This document shows, piece after piece, positions 38,479 through 50,552 of a stretch of 64,000 bases of DNA; position 1 is the first letter of the stretch, and the number at the start of each line of letters is the position of its first letter. The notes beneath the pieces are model-generated. The model saw nothing but the letters and a program-made list of their open reading frames with translations, searched no databases and was not told where the DNA came from. Origin of the DNA: Octopus sinensis (Eukaryota); NCBI RefSeq assembly GCF_006345805.1, contig NC_043000.1, positions 35,030,001 through 35,094,000 of the forward strand, read 5' to 3'. The translations under genes were made by a program, and so were the position numbers.

Positions 38479-38890
38479 ATCAAAGTATTTGTGGCATGTG
38501 GTATACTAGAGTCAACATATTTGGGGCATGTAGTATACTAGAGTCAAAATATTTGGGGCATGTGGTATACTAGAGTCAAAATATTTGGGGCATGTGGTAT
38601 ATTAGAGTCAAAATATTTGGGGCATGTGAAATACTAGTCAAAATATTTGGGGCATGTGGTATATTAGAGTCAAAATATTTGGGGCATGTGAAATACTAGT
38701 CAAAATATTTGGGGCATGTGGTGTACAAGAGTCAAAATATTTATGGCATGTGGTATACTAGAGTCAAAATATTTGGGGCATGTGGTATACTAGAGTCAAA
38801 ATATTTGTGGCATGTGGTATATTAGAGTCAAAATATTTGGGGCATTTGATATACCACAGTCAAAACATTTGTAGCACATGATATATTACA
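38479..38890. repeat. 32-bp minisatellite, 13 units
   Basis: Unit gtcaaaatatttggggcatgtggtatactaga; starts at 38479, 38511, 38543, 38575, 38607, 38637, 38669, 38699, 38731, 38763, 38795, 38827, 38859. Confidence 0.97.
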
Positions 38891-39260
38891 ATCAAGTTAA
38901 ATTACTGAGTATTTATGGAGAAAAGTCCCTATATGAGAGGGAAAGGTGATTGTTTCTCCAAGTGAATTCTCTTTCTTTTGTCGTCTTAAAAGTCGATGTT
39001 TCTTGAAATTATATATTTTATTCATATCATCTCAAATACGTCAGCAACGACATTGTTAATGTATGTCATTGTTTATTATTAAAAGCCTACCTAGGACCAT
39101 AAGGAAATTAGTTGAACAAAATCTACAATGTGTTCATGGTTACAAATTGTAACAGCTGTTTTATTTCTGGTATTTGTACAACTGACAAAATCTTCACTGT
39201 CACAAACTAAAAGCTCCGGTGTCTTTGTATGAAATCATATTTGATATTGTGGTATTTAAA

Positions 39261-39491
39261 GGCGGTGAGCTGGCAGAAACGTTAGCACGCCAGGTGAAAT
39301 GCTTTGTGGTATTTCGTCCGCCGCTGCGTTCTGAGTTCAAATTCCGCCGAGGTCGACTTTACCTTTCATCCTTTCGGGGTCGATAAATTAAGTACCAGTG
39401 ACGCACTGGGGTTGATGTAATCGACTTAATCCATTTGTCTGTACTTGTTTGTCCCTGCTATGTTTAGCCCCTTGTGGGCAATAAAGAAATA
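39261..39491 (+). mobile_element. Family C tRNA-derived SINE, full length and young (CpGs retained)
   Basis: ggcggtgagctggcagaaacg (A-box-like) ... gagttcaaattcc (B-box-like); flanked by ggtatttaaa / ggtattcaaa (possible 10-bp TSD). Confidence 0.9.
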
Positions 39492-40191
39492 GGTATTCAA
39501 ACCAATGTCATCACATGTTTAGTGTTGTCTGTTTATTTCCTCCATCATTGACTGACATAATCAACACAGAAAAACATAATTAGAATTTACATTTGGTCTT
39601 TAATTCCAATTTATTGATTTGTTAATTGAATTTCTTTTTGACACAATAACACCAAAAGAAAAAAAGATGAAAACATCCCAGAGAAAGAGCTGCTTTATTG
39701 CTGTCATTTGTTTTAAAATTCTTACCTACCTGGATTAACTGTTGATGTAAAATAGTTTTATGTTCATAGATTCTCTTTCATAATTGTTTTATACACTTGC
39801 AATATGACTGTGTATTCTCCAATGCAGTTCAGAAAATATCTGTTAATGGTGCAACTTGATATTAGTTCTTGGTTCAGACTATTGAATTATAATCTTCCCA
39901 TTTTGGTTAAGTATTTTAGGTGGACACTTGTTTGAGAAATTTATCATTTTATTACAAATGTTTTTTTTTTTTTGCATGTTTTACCTGTAGGAGGGAGGCC
40001 AGTACCAATAAGGGAATTAATTTTGAAAATTTTTCCAAGATCAACAAAACTGTGTTTCTTCAGATGAAATGATTTCCAAACCAATATGAAAAAAAAAAAC
40101 ATTTCATAAAATTAAAAAAAGAATACCCTCCAAGAAAATATGAAAGACTGATTTTTTTTTTTTGTTCAAATTCTAATTTCCCTTTTTTCAG

Positions 40192-40216
40192 CCTGGCTTT
40201 GTTCTCTCCCTAGCAG
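40192..40216 (+). other. Candidate 25-nt microexon or recursive (AG|GT) splice site
   Basis: ctaatttcccttttttcag|cctggctttgttctctccctagcag|gtaaac. Confidence 0.45.
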
Positions 40217-40699
40217 GTAAACATGCATGGTCAGTTTATATTTCATTGCTATGTTTGGTTCTTTGTTAGCTTCGCTAATGTGATGTTGCATGTTACGTTG
40301 GTGTCTGTCCTTCTGTCGACATTTTTTCTTTCATAATGGCTATTGATTCTAACAAACATTCAACTCGTTTTTGTTGTTGTTGTTGTTGTTGTTCATGGTT
40401 TTGTTGTGTTTACTTGCAAAATAACAATTTCAATTTTTCAAATGTTGTTTACGTTTCTGAAATCTTAATTAGGTTTCCTGTTGTACTTCAAATATTCATT
40501 AATATAAAAAAATCATGGATTTTCAGGACCTCCCCCACCTCAACCCTGTGTTTTCTAACAATAACAATTTTACTTTTTTCTTTCTTTTTTCCCCTCATTA
40601 TGGCATGGTTGTGACATTGGTCTTTGCAAATGTTGATGTTTAGTTGGAACTGATGTTTTTGGACTACTTACCAAGTTCTTTGTTGATTACTCAATTAAG

Positions 40700-41800
40700 A
40701 AGTGTAAACGATTTACTTTTGATTAGGTTGGCACAAATAAACGACGGCTTAAACAGTCAGATTGTGTCACTACATATAATTACCAAGTTGCAACTTGTGT
40801 CTTCTTATCAGTAAAATGGCAACCTAACCTTGTAGCAACCGTGCAGTTGCCCTTCATCATACATTATGAATATGGTCTTCATTCATATACACATTAAACA
40901 CACACATTGTCATCTCTATTCCTAGTTAGATGTTATATTTATCTACATTAAAAATTTACTATAAATGTTTAATATTTGAATAATTCTTCTCATACATTTG
41001 TATTTACCAAGTTTAGAATTCCTCAGACAGATATTTCACTCTTGAGTACGTTTATATTAATTCATATCTGTCAGAAGGTTATTTGATATATTACATTCTT
41101 CTTTGAAAATTATTTTTGTTTTTACAGCTTTTTACAAAGTAAGTGATTTAACGAGTGAGTAGTAGTTGTATTAAGTTGTACATTAGAGAAAACGAAATAT
41201 ATTTCTAAATGAATGTTATTACCTGAAGTGACCTATTAAGATGGATTTAGCTTCAGTATATTTGATAGGTATATGAAAATTAAATGTGTGTGTGTGTGCT
41301 TGTGTTTGTTTGTGTGAGCTGAGATTACATAATACCTCTTTGTAAGGTTTAAATATTCAAATACTAACAAGCTTTTGTTCTTCACTTCATCGAAACAAAT
41401 CTATATTTTATGTAAGATATCATCTTTAAGCAGCTTTACTCTTAGCAACTTCTTTTTCTAAACAACATTTGGAAAATTCTTCTTGACTAAATAGTATTAA
41501 TATCTCTTTACGTATGTTTAAAACTGTAATTTGGTAAAAGTTGAGTTGGAAAAACCGTTTGTCTTTGTGACTATGAACTTCAAATTTTCTCAAAAAACAT
41601 TATTAATTCGGTTGTGGGTAAAATACCTGGAACATTCTGCCTTGCTCTTGTTTCTTTTGTTGATTGAAATGAAGGGTTTGCAGCTATACGTGATCTTTAG
41701 GGGTGTTGTTTAGCTGTTAAAAATACTATGCATTCTTGGAGAACATGTATTAATTGATCCTTTAGCATCTTCTACATTTTCATTGAATTATGTTTTAGTA
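40700..41800 (-). mobile_element. Highly degenerate Penelope-like element remnant (GIY-YIG region plus pLTR-like end)
   Basis: Minus-strand motifs KPFISINKRN, SQRQ, YFVKSCKNK in the same order as the 46.4-47.1 kb copy; eroded hammerhead-like motif at 40828-40862. Confidence 0.45.
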
Positions 41801-42328
41801 TTTCCTATTGTTGGGTTAGAATTGAAATCAGTCTTCATTGTTACTTATCTAATTACAGTGCAATTATTCCATGATAGATTGACCAAAGTAATGTTATAGA
41901 TAGTTTTGAACTATAAACATTAAATTTTACTGGTTTTTAGCTGCTATTTTTATGCAGTTCCTGTCCTTGTTTTTATGTGACTGAATAAAACTGTTGTCTT
42001 GAATATGACACTCAGTGTTTAAGTCTTCCATTGTAGTACCATGTTCATATTCTTGGTACACCATTCTGCTTCTATTTTACTCATTCTAATATTCCATCTT
42101 GGTAAAAATTCATAGTTCTTCAACTGAAATTTTATTTGCATCCCTTTTTCAGGAAGCTATTTGTACATTCACTTTCTATTTTGTAAATTTTGTTCAATAC
42201 AGTTTTGAAAATAGTTTAGTTTTCACTGTTTATCAATCTTTTTACTAAGGTAGATTTTTGCCATGTATGTACATTATTTTGCTTCAACATATAGTCTGAT
42301 CTCATGAAATGCTTCTAACTGTTCTGAT

Positions 42329-42548
42329 ATCATCATCATCATCATCATTTAACATCCTTTTTTCCATGCTGGCATGAGTCGGTCTGTTTGATAAGAACAG
42401 GTGAGCCAGAGGGCTTTGCTAGATTCTGTGTCTGTTTTGGCATGATTTTTACAGCTGGATGCACTTCCTCAACCATATAACAGAGAGAACTGAGTGATTT
42501 TTACATGGCACCAGCTCTGGTGAGGTCACCAAGTTCCCACAAGACACA
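42329..42548 (-). mobile_element. Family A SINE-like element
   Basis: (CAT)n, ccatgctggcatg, cagctggatgcacttcc. Confidence 0.8.
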
Positions 42549-42754
42549 CACACACACAACTGTTCTTATATTTATATATATATATGACTGCTCTGATATC
42601 GCAAGATACATATATACAGCTACTCTGATATTACAGTATATGGATACAACTGTACTAATATTACACATTAAATATACCACAGCTTTGGTATAACAACTTT
42701 CTTTACTTCTGTCTGATTTCTCTGTTTCTGGTTCCTGTGCAGGTAGCATGTAAA

Positions 42755-42995
42755 AAATACCTTTTGAGTGTGGTTGTTGCCAGAACTGCCTGACAGGCCC
42801 TTGTGCTGGTGTCACATAAAAGCACCCACTGCACTCTCAGAGTTGTTGGCATTAGGAAGGGCATCCAGCTGTAAAACCCTTGCCAGATCAGATTGGAGCC
42901 TGGTGCAGCTTCCTGGCTTGCCAGTCCTCAGTCAAACCGTCCAACCCATGCCAGCATGGAAAGCGGACGTTAAATGATGACAACGATGATGATGG
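42755..42995 (+). mobile_element. Family A SINE-like element, young
   Basis: aaagcacccactgcactctcagagttgttggcattaggaagggcatccagctg...ccatgccagcatggaaagcggacgttaaatgatg. Confidence 0.92.
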
Positions 42996-43124
42996 TGACT
43001 GTCTGAATTTTCATTTGCATCATTTCCCTTTTCAAGTTAGTTGGTTGTTGTTTGAAGAATATTTGGTTGCTAATTCTAGCTTTTAAAGCAACCACTTTGA
43101 GGTTCACCCATTAATTGTCTGAAC

Positions 43125-43245
43125 CAGTGGTTCCCAACCCTTTTATTTAAATGAGTTTTCCCACAGACCTCTTTTAATATGCTTATCTCTTTATATACCT
43201 GTGCAGTCCACCAAGAATCCATGGACCCTTGGTTAGGAGCCATTG
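43125..43245. mobile_element. hAT (Charlie-like) MITE
   Basis: TIRs cagtggttcccaacc / ggttaggagccattg; 8-bp TSD gtctgaac / gtctaaac (cf. NTCTAGAN). Confidence 0.85.
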
Positions 43246-44469
43246 GTCTAAACTACACACACACAAAGACAACAGCGTCAACAAAACAGAAACCTTAGCT
43301 GGATATATAAATGGCACATATGCAAGCAATGGCACAGTTTAAGCTCCATCTCGCTCAATCCCTGCCACTGGTCAGTGATCATGAAACACCCATATATCCA
43401 TACTTCTCATTACACTACTCTACAAGCACAAGGCTCTTCACTAGACAAACATTAAAATGCACTGAGGCACAAAACTAGCATTAAGTGTCACATTTTCCCT
43501 TTATAGTGGTGCAGCATCACCACCACCAGTCTGGAGCAATAGTAGCAATCAATTCCATTTTGTCTCACCACTCTAGCATCACCAAAACCTACAAAAACAT
43601 TGGTAAACCTAAAGGAGGTATGTTGTTGCTTGCTTTGCTAGAAACAGGAGCCAAATCTCCCTTTAAGCCTCGCCCTACTCATTGATGGTATAAGGTACCA
43701 GCCTGGTAAATGCCAGTGTTGCTATTGGTTATAAATCTGCTGGATGTAACTGCACAGTAAAAAAAATAAGAACTTTCTGTAATTCTGCTGTTTTGGACTG
43801 CCATAAGAGACACTGACTGCAATTAAATAGTTTTTTCCCTTATTGATTTTTATCAATTGACAGTCTATTGATTTACATAGATTAATGTTAAATGATGAGT
43901 ATTTTTATGGGATAATCTATGAATTTAATCTCTTTATTGCAAATCGTTTATTTTCTTTTTACCATTTCTTATTGTTTCATATTTGGCATTTATACAATTT
44001 ATCAATTTATATTTAAAAAAAAAAAGAAAAAACACAGCATTATCCATGCACTTTTTTTTATTCTATTTCACTTGACTCTAAATATTTCCTACTTTTGCAC
44101 CATTCTAACTTTACTTTGAAGATTTCACAAAGTTCATCTCTGCCTTAGTTCCTCAACTTTGCTGGTTCTGGTATTGTCCTTTGCTTCCTTGTTTTTTTTT
44201 TTTTTTTTTCTTCACCTGAATAAGGAAGAAGTACATATCTTGAGCATGTTACATGGAAACAAACAGAATGAAACTACAAATAAATTAATAATCTAATTTA
44301 TAATTTTGCATAGATTTATATGGTCATCGTGGAAGGCAGATTTGATGAGACAAAGTGTGGGTATTTGCTGTTCATTATTAACTGGTGAATGAAAGCAACA
44401 GGCATGCCACTTGCCCCCCACCACCACTACCACCTCCATATACTGTGTATTTATCAGAATAATTGTATG

Positions 44470-44625
44470 TCTTGCACTGGCCCTACCATTTGGTTTCTAG
44501 CTCAGTCTTTTACTATAACCATGAGCCAAATCAAAGCCATGTGAGTGCATTTGGTAGGCAGCAACTGAAAGAAGCCTGTTGTATATGTGTGTGTGTTGGT
44601 ATTGTGTTAGCAGTGTCCTTTAATT
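44470..44625 (+). mobile_element. Family B SINE fragment, degenerate
   Basis: cagtcttttactataacc..aaagccatgtgagtgcatttggtaggcagcaactgaaagaagcctgttgtatatgtg. Confidence 0.7.
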
Positions 44626-44959
44626 TGCTATCTTTTGTGAAAACGTGTGTGGCTGCATGGAAATGTTAACTTGCTTGGAAGCAGATAAGGGTTGGCAACA
44701 GGAATGATATCCTTCTACTTCCATCTGATCAATGCAAGCATGGAAGGTGGTCATTGAAACAGAACAGTGATCAGTGATGACAGACAGACACACATATTGA
44801 TCTCTTTCACTCTCTTCCATTTTCTCTCTTCTCTTGCCCTCTCCCTCTGAGTGGATAACCATGTATTTCCTCTAGAGCTAGACACCCCGTTTCTGTCTTT
44901 CTGTCACACTCTAAACCTCTTATCACCTGGCACAAAGCCAAACCTCTAATACCTCCCTT

Positions 44960-45300
44960 CTCAAAGGATCTTTGTCTTACAAGTTACTTGGTGATCCTGC
45001 CAGTGCTGATGCCATGTAAAAAAGCACCTAGGCCACTCTTCTAAAGTGGTTGGCATTAGGAAGAGCATCCAGCTGTAATAACCATGCCAAAACAGACATT
45101 GCCAGTGTTGGTGCGAATATAAAAAGCACTCAGTCCACTCTGTAAGGGGGTGGGGTGGCATTAGGAATGATATCCAGCCATAAAAGCCATGCTGAAACAG
45201 ACAATGAAGCTAGGTGCAGTCTTCTTGTTTTGCCATCTCCTGTCAAGCTGTCCAACCCATACCAGCATGGAAAATGAATGTTAATTGATGATGATGATAT
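44960..45300 (+). mobile_element. Family A SINE-like element with duplicated core
   Basis: Two successive aaaaagcac..gtggttggcattaggaa..catccagc segments; 3' ccataccagcatggaaaatgaatgttaattgatgatg. Confidence 0.8.
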
Positions 45301-45964
45301 CATCATTATCATCTTATCGTTACATTTCCATGCTTACATGGGTAAGACAGGAGTATATTGGGGCAGAGCAGAGATTTTCTACAACTGGATACCCTTTCTG
45401 TTACCAATCTCTATAGGTTTCCAGATGAGATAAAAATCTGCCAGTCTATTGAACAATGTGTGTGTGTGTGTGTGTATGTTAGAATTGTGCTTAGCCATAG
45501 CAGAACCAATAACTGGTTGCAAGTACTCAACATAGTTATAATGTATATTACAAATGAGTTCTGGTGGTGAGGTGCTGTGAATTCACTGATATCCTCATAT
45601 AACCAGACTAGTTATATGTATTGTGATATATCAGAACAGGTGTATATATTGTGTTATGAGAACATCTAGAAGTATTTTGTGCTATCAGTATATATGTTAA
45701 AGAATGAATAATAATAGAACCTACTAGCATTGACAATCTCCATTTATTAACACAAGCTATACGAATGTGCAGGTATGTATAATATGTGCCTTTCATGCTG
45801 TGTGTGTATGTGTCTGTGTGAGCTTGCATATGTATGAATTCATTTGTCGCTTTTGAATTTTTTACGATGAGGTGTATACATCTTTAATCAATAATTTTAT
45901 TCCTATTTTCTTTCTTTCTTTCTCGTGTTACATTGCTTCCTTCCCACCCCTTTCTTTTCCTCTC

Positions 45965-45965
<1 letters not shown>

Positions 45966-46057
<92 letters not shown>
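45966..46057. repeat. (TTA)n microsatellite, about 30 units
   Basis: Direct reading. Confidence 0.98.
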
Positions 46058-46429
46058 ATCCTGTATTTAATTTTCATATAGTCTATCACTGTAAAAAGTG
46101 CTAAATTTAATACTCTTTTGCCTGAATCAATGAATAGTTTAACTATTTAGTGCATAATTGATGAGTGTATATAAAGTTTTGTGAGTTCAGATGAAGTTTA
46201 TAATTGTATGTAGAATTGCATTATTAATAGTTGTGAGGGAGCTAGCAGTAACTAAAACATTTCTACATTAAATAACTCCTGTTCATCACTTTTTCATACT
46301 TTTGCATACACCTGTATAGCTTATAAACACACACTAATGATTCTTACAGTGGATCCAATCATTGGACTGCAGCCTTGTTAAAACATCCTCAAGAGTTTTA
46401 GTCCTTTGTGTGTGTATTTTATTTATAAT

Positions 46430-47100
46430 TGTACCATAACCAAAGCAAAAGAAATCCCAATCTCTACATCATGAAGAAACACTAACACTGACGGTGTAAA
46501 CAAAACAACAAATATAAATATTCCATTAGTATTCACCTATAATCCTTGAAACCATTAACATCCTACATTCAGCCAAATGACACCTCCCAATTCTACATCA
46601 GTCATCAAATCCCCAACAAATAATCAAAGAATCAGAAATCATTAACAGCCAAAGACAACCACCAAATCTCCAAAGACTTCCGACAAAGGTGAGATTTACA
46701 TTGGAGGAAGAAACAGTGCAGGTAAGAAACTGTGGGGGACATGTGAAATAATTGAGCAAAGAACAACTGAATGATTAAAATGGAAATGAATTGAAAGTGA
46801 ATACAAAACTTGAATTGAAAAACAAAAAATCTCATCTACTCTCATCATATGCCCATGATGCAGTGAGAATTACATTGGAGAAACAAGGACTAAACTACCC
46901 AGTCATGTGAACGTGTATAAACAACAAATTAAAGATTCATCTCTTAGAAATGTTCCATGTAGTGAACATCTAGATGTTTGTGCAAATAGAAAATTAAAAA
47001 TATCATTCTCCTTTTACAATAAAAGATGGAAATGATCAACTACAAAAGGCAGAAGAAGAATGAATTATAAATCCAAAACTAAAACCGAAAAAGTTAACAC
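46430..47100 (+). mobile_element. Penelope-like retroelement fragment (GIY-YIG endonuclease region), pseudogenised
   Basis: IPLVFTYNP..SQRQPPNLQRL..KNLIY/LIICP*CSENYIGETRTKLPSHVNVYKQQIKDSSLRNVPCSEHLDVCAN; stops and frameshifts. Confidence 0.88.
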
Positions 47101-47402
47101 CATTACAAAAAAATAAAAATAAAAAAAAACCAACTTCCCTTTGTATATCAGTCCAGAATGCATGTTTGAAGTTGAAAAATGAAAGTGCTTACACACAAAA
47201 TACACACTAGACATAAAATACTATATACATACTTCTTCCAGAGATGTTAGCAACATTCTGTTAAATAAAAGAAATTTCTTTTAAATAGTTAATAACTTTT
47301 AAAAAGATCTTTTTCTAAATGCTGTAACTGTATCAAGTAATTTTTACAAAAACTTATCTGTCTGTCTGTGTGTCCATCTGTTCATCTATCTGTCTGTCTG
47401 TG

Positions 47403-47436
<34 letters not shown>

Positions 47437-47580
47437 GAGATGCAGTGGCCCAGTGGTTAGGGCAGTTGTAGGATCGCGGTTTTGATTCTCAGATTGGGCG
47501 TTGTGTTATTGAGTGAAAACATCTAAAATTCCACAAGGCTCTGACAGGGGGTGGTGGTGAACCCAGCTGTACTCTTGAAG
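47437..47580 (+). mobile_element. Family D tRNA-derived SINE, degenerate
   Basis: ggagatgcagtggcccagtggttagggcag (A-box-like) ... ggttttgattctc (B-box-like). Confidence 0.65.
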
Positions 47581-48351
47581 CTAACTTTTTTTCCTACATC
47601 TTGATCTTTGGATCTTATATCTGTTTATGTCTATATATTTGTGCGGTGTGTATGTGTGTGTGTGTGATGAGTGGTCATCTTGTGGGTATGTATGTGTCAC
47701 TATCACCATCATTTAATGTCTGTGTCTATACATATTACATTATGTCATATATAATACATATGTAAATATGTAAGTATATAAATGTATCTTAACTCACAAA
47801 CACTGTGTGTGTGGTATACTTCCCATCTCTATGTATATTGTTGTATTTGCACACTTAATGACCAGTAACTGACCTAAAATACTCTAAATCTTCTGAAAGC
47901 TCTTCCTTTTGCTCTTTCCTTCCTTCTGGGTTGTAGTCTTGTTATTGTTGAAACTCTCTTTTTGAAAGGACCATATTTACACTGAATAAAATACATAAAA
48001 ATTCTAAGGTTTGTAAGTATAATATAGGTTCTTGTTTGATATCTTTATATTTAGAAATATTTTATGGATATGTCTGTTTGTGATAAATTGTGATTCATTC
48101 AGCAGAGCAGGTGGCTGTTTATTCAGCAGTAAACTTCTGTCAAATATTGAACTTGTGCAAAATTTATATATTTTTCTCTTAAGATGGAAAAAAGAAACCC
48201 AAATTGTTTTTTTTTTTGCTTTCTTGTCTGTAAAAACATGCTCTATGTCCACTGCATAAACATTTTGTTTGGTTCTTAAGAGCAGCAATGATTATTTTTA
48301 ATTAAACTCATAAGCTGCCTGTAGATAATTTTTTTTCTACACTCACACATC

Positions 48352-48711
48352 TGTTATCTTTAATCTTTCACTTGTTTCAGTCATTCAACTGTGGCCATGC
48401 TGGGGCACTGCCTTGAGGAATTTTAATTGAATGAATTCACCCCAGTAATTTTTTTTAAAGCCTAGTGCTTATTCTATTGATCTGTTTTGCTGAACTGCTA
48501 AGTTGCATGGACATAAGCATACCAACACTGGTTCTCAAGTGATGGTAGCAGTCAGACAAATACATGCTTACACACACACATGCTCACATGACAGGCTTCT
48601 TTCAGTTTCCCTCCACCAAATCTACTCACAATCTTCGGTCAATCTAAGCTCACTTGCCCAAGGTGCCACACAGTGGCACAGAACCTGGTACCATGTGGTT
48701 ACTCCTGCACC
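48352..48711 (-). mobile_element. Family B SINE
   Basis: cttgtttcagtcattcaactgtggccatgctggggcac tail; ggcttctttcagtttcc..cttgcccaaggtgccac. Confidence 0.88.
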
Positions 48712-48778
48712 TAGAAAAATGCTTCACAAATATGCATGTCATCCCTCTTACTAAAGCTCACACACACACACACACACA

Positions 48779-49240
48779 CAGTAATCCCTCAATTATCGTG
48801 GGTGTTACATTCCAAAACACTCCGTGATAGGTGAAAATCTGTGAAGTAAAAACAGTAATGTACTGTAAATTTTTTAAAAATTATTTTTATAATTTGTATA
48901 TATTTATTTTATTATAAATGCAAAACACCACACACTTACCTCCCAAGTTTTGCTTTCCATACAGTATGTGTGATTCTTGTTTACTCATCTTCCATGCACT
49001 ACGTATTTTCTTTTAATATATCTTAATTAATGTGTTATACAGTGCAGTACTGTATTGTATCTTTATTTATTAATTTATTAATTTTTAGGCAGAAATAATT
49101 AAAATCTAAAACAATTTAAATACCTATTGGTCACAGAAACTCATGATATATTGAGGAGTTCGCAAAATAAATTTAGCCATAAAAATACGTTATGTACTGA
49201 GGGTGCGATAGATGAATCACAATATGATGAGAGATTACTG
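48779..49240. mobile_element. pogo/Tigger-like MITE
   Basis: TIRs cagtaatccctcaattatcgtgg / cacaatatgatgagagattactg; TA on the right. Confidence 0.75.
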
Positions 49241-49598
49241 TATAAACAAATATATTTGTAATACTGTGGTTGTCTTTTGTCTTGTTACTGAAGACTGTTG
49301 GATGTTTTGTTATCTAACCAAAAAGTTGAAGGTTCATATTTCAATACCAGTAGTGCTTCTCTGTATCCATAGCCAAAAGATGAATTAATGCTATCAATAA
49401 CTAATTACACTTTGTATGTATAACTAATTAATTTAAGGAGCAGTGAGAACATGAGATAATTAATGTTACTTCCTCCTGCAGTGCTTGATTAGTTCTTTGT
49501 GTATGTCTTGAGAGTACAATAGAAGCTATTCCAACAGTCAGGTTAGAGACCCTTCCATCATATTAAGTCAAGGCATTCTTATTTGGGTCCTGATTTAA

Positions 49599-49809
49599 CC
49601 CTTTTGATACCAAACTACCTAAAACCATCCATGGATTTGTGATAGAAATTTTCGTTTTTTAAAGTGAACTAAATTAAAACCTTTCATAAAAATTTCATAT
49701 TAATTCATTCCAAACTCCAATTCCATAATAAGTTATTTTATTCTTCATCATTACCAAAATAGTTAAAACAAACGCTGTGTATTTTAACAGGAATTTGGTA
49801 ACAAAAGAG
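49599..49809. mobile_element. piggyBac-type MITE
   Basis: TTAA|cccttttgatacca ... tggtaacaaaagag|TTAA. Confidence 0.8.
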
Positions 49810-50412
49810 TTAAGTGTTGTTCAACACTTGGTTCTACCAGTCACTTGCTGAAGCTTTTCTACCAAACTATTTGGTATCAGCATTGTCGTTGGTTTTAGTT
49901 TTCCATCAGACCAGTCACCAATTCACTGAATTTCTTTTTATTCCCCACTAGTCCTAAAATTCTTTTAATACTGATGCAGATGGTTTCTGTAATTACTCAG
50001 AATATTTCAATCTCTAACCATAGTAACACTTGATTTCCTGTGCTGTGTCAGATTGATATTTTTTTACATTTTCTAGCTAGCATATTTCTTTTAGGTTCAA
50101 CTCCTCCTCTCACCATCATCATCATTATCATTATTCAGGGTGTGCATGAATGTTTCACATTCGGAATCAATGTCCTTGATACCAGATTACAACTAGTCCC
50201 TTAAATATCAAAAAACCTTCCTTCCAATCCTTGTTGTGCCCAAAAGAACAAATTTCTGAATTAAGGCAATTCTCGGAGTTACACCAATCTCAATAAGGGA
50301 GCTATTAAGTCTGTTGGTGGTGGTGGTGGTATGTAGAGCACCTATGGCAATTGGGATTACTTTTGTAGAAAGCCTCCACAGTTTTATTTGGGAGCATCAT
50401 TATTATTATTAT

Positions 50413-50552
50413 TTTCAAATTCTGCTGAGGTCGACTTTACCTTTCATGCTTTCAGGGTCAATAAATTAAGTACAAATGAAACACTGGGGTTGATGTAATC
50501 GTCCTCTCCCCACAAATTTCGGCCTTGTGCTTTTAGTAGAAAAGATTATTAT
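50413..50552 (+). mobile_element. Family C SINE, 5'-truncated
   Basis: ttcaaattctgctgaggtcgactttacctttcat...cactggggttgatgtaatcg...agtagaaaagattattattat. Confidence 0.85.

Noticed and set aside
38479-38890. CRISPR-like 32-bp direct repeats
   Set aside because: Units are contiguous with no unique spacers, no cas genes, and the context is eukaryotic.
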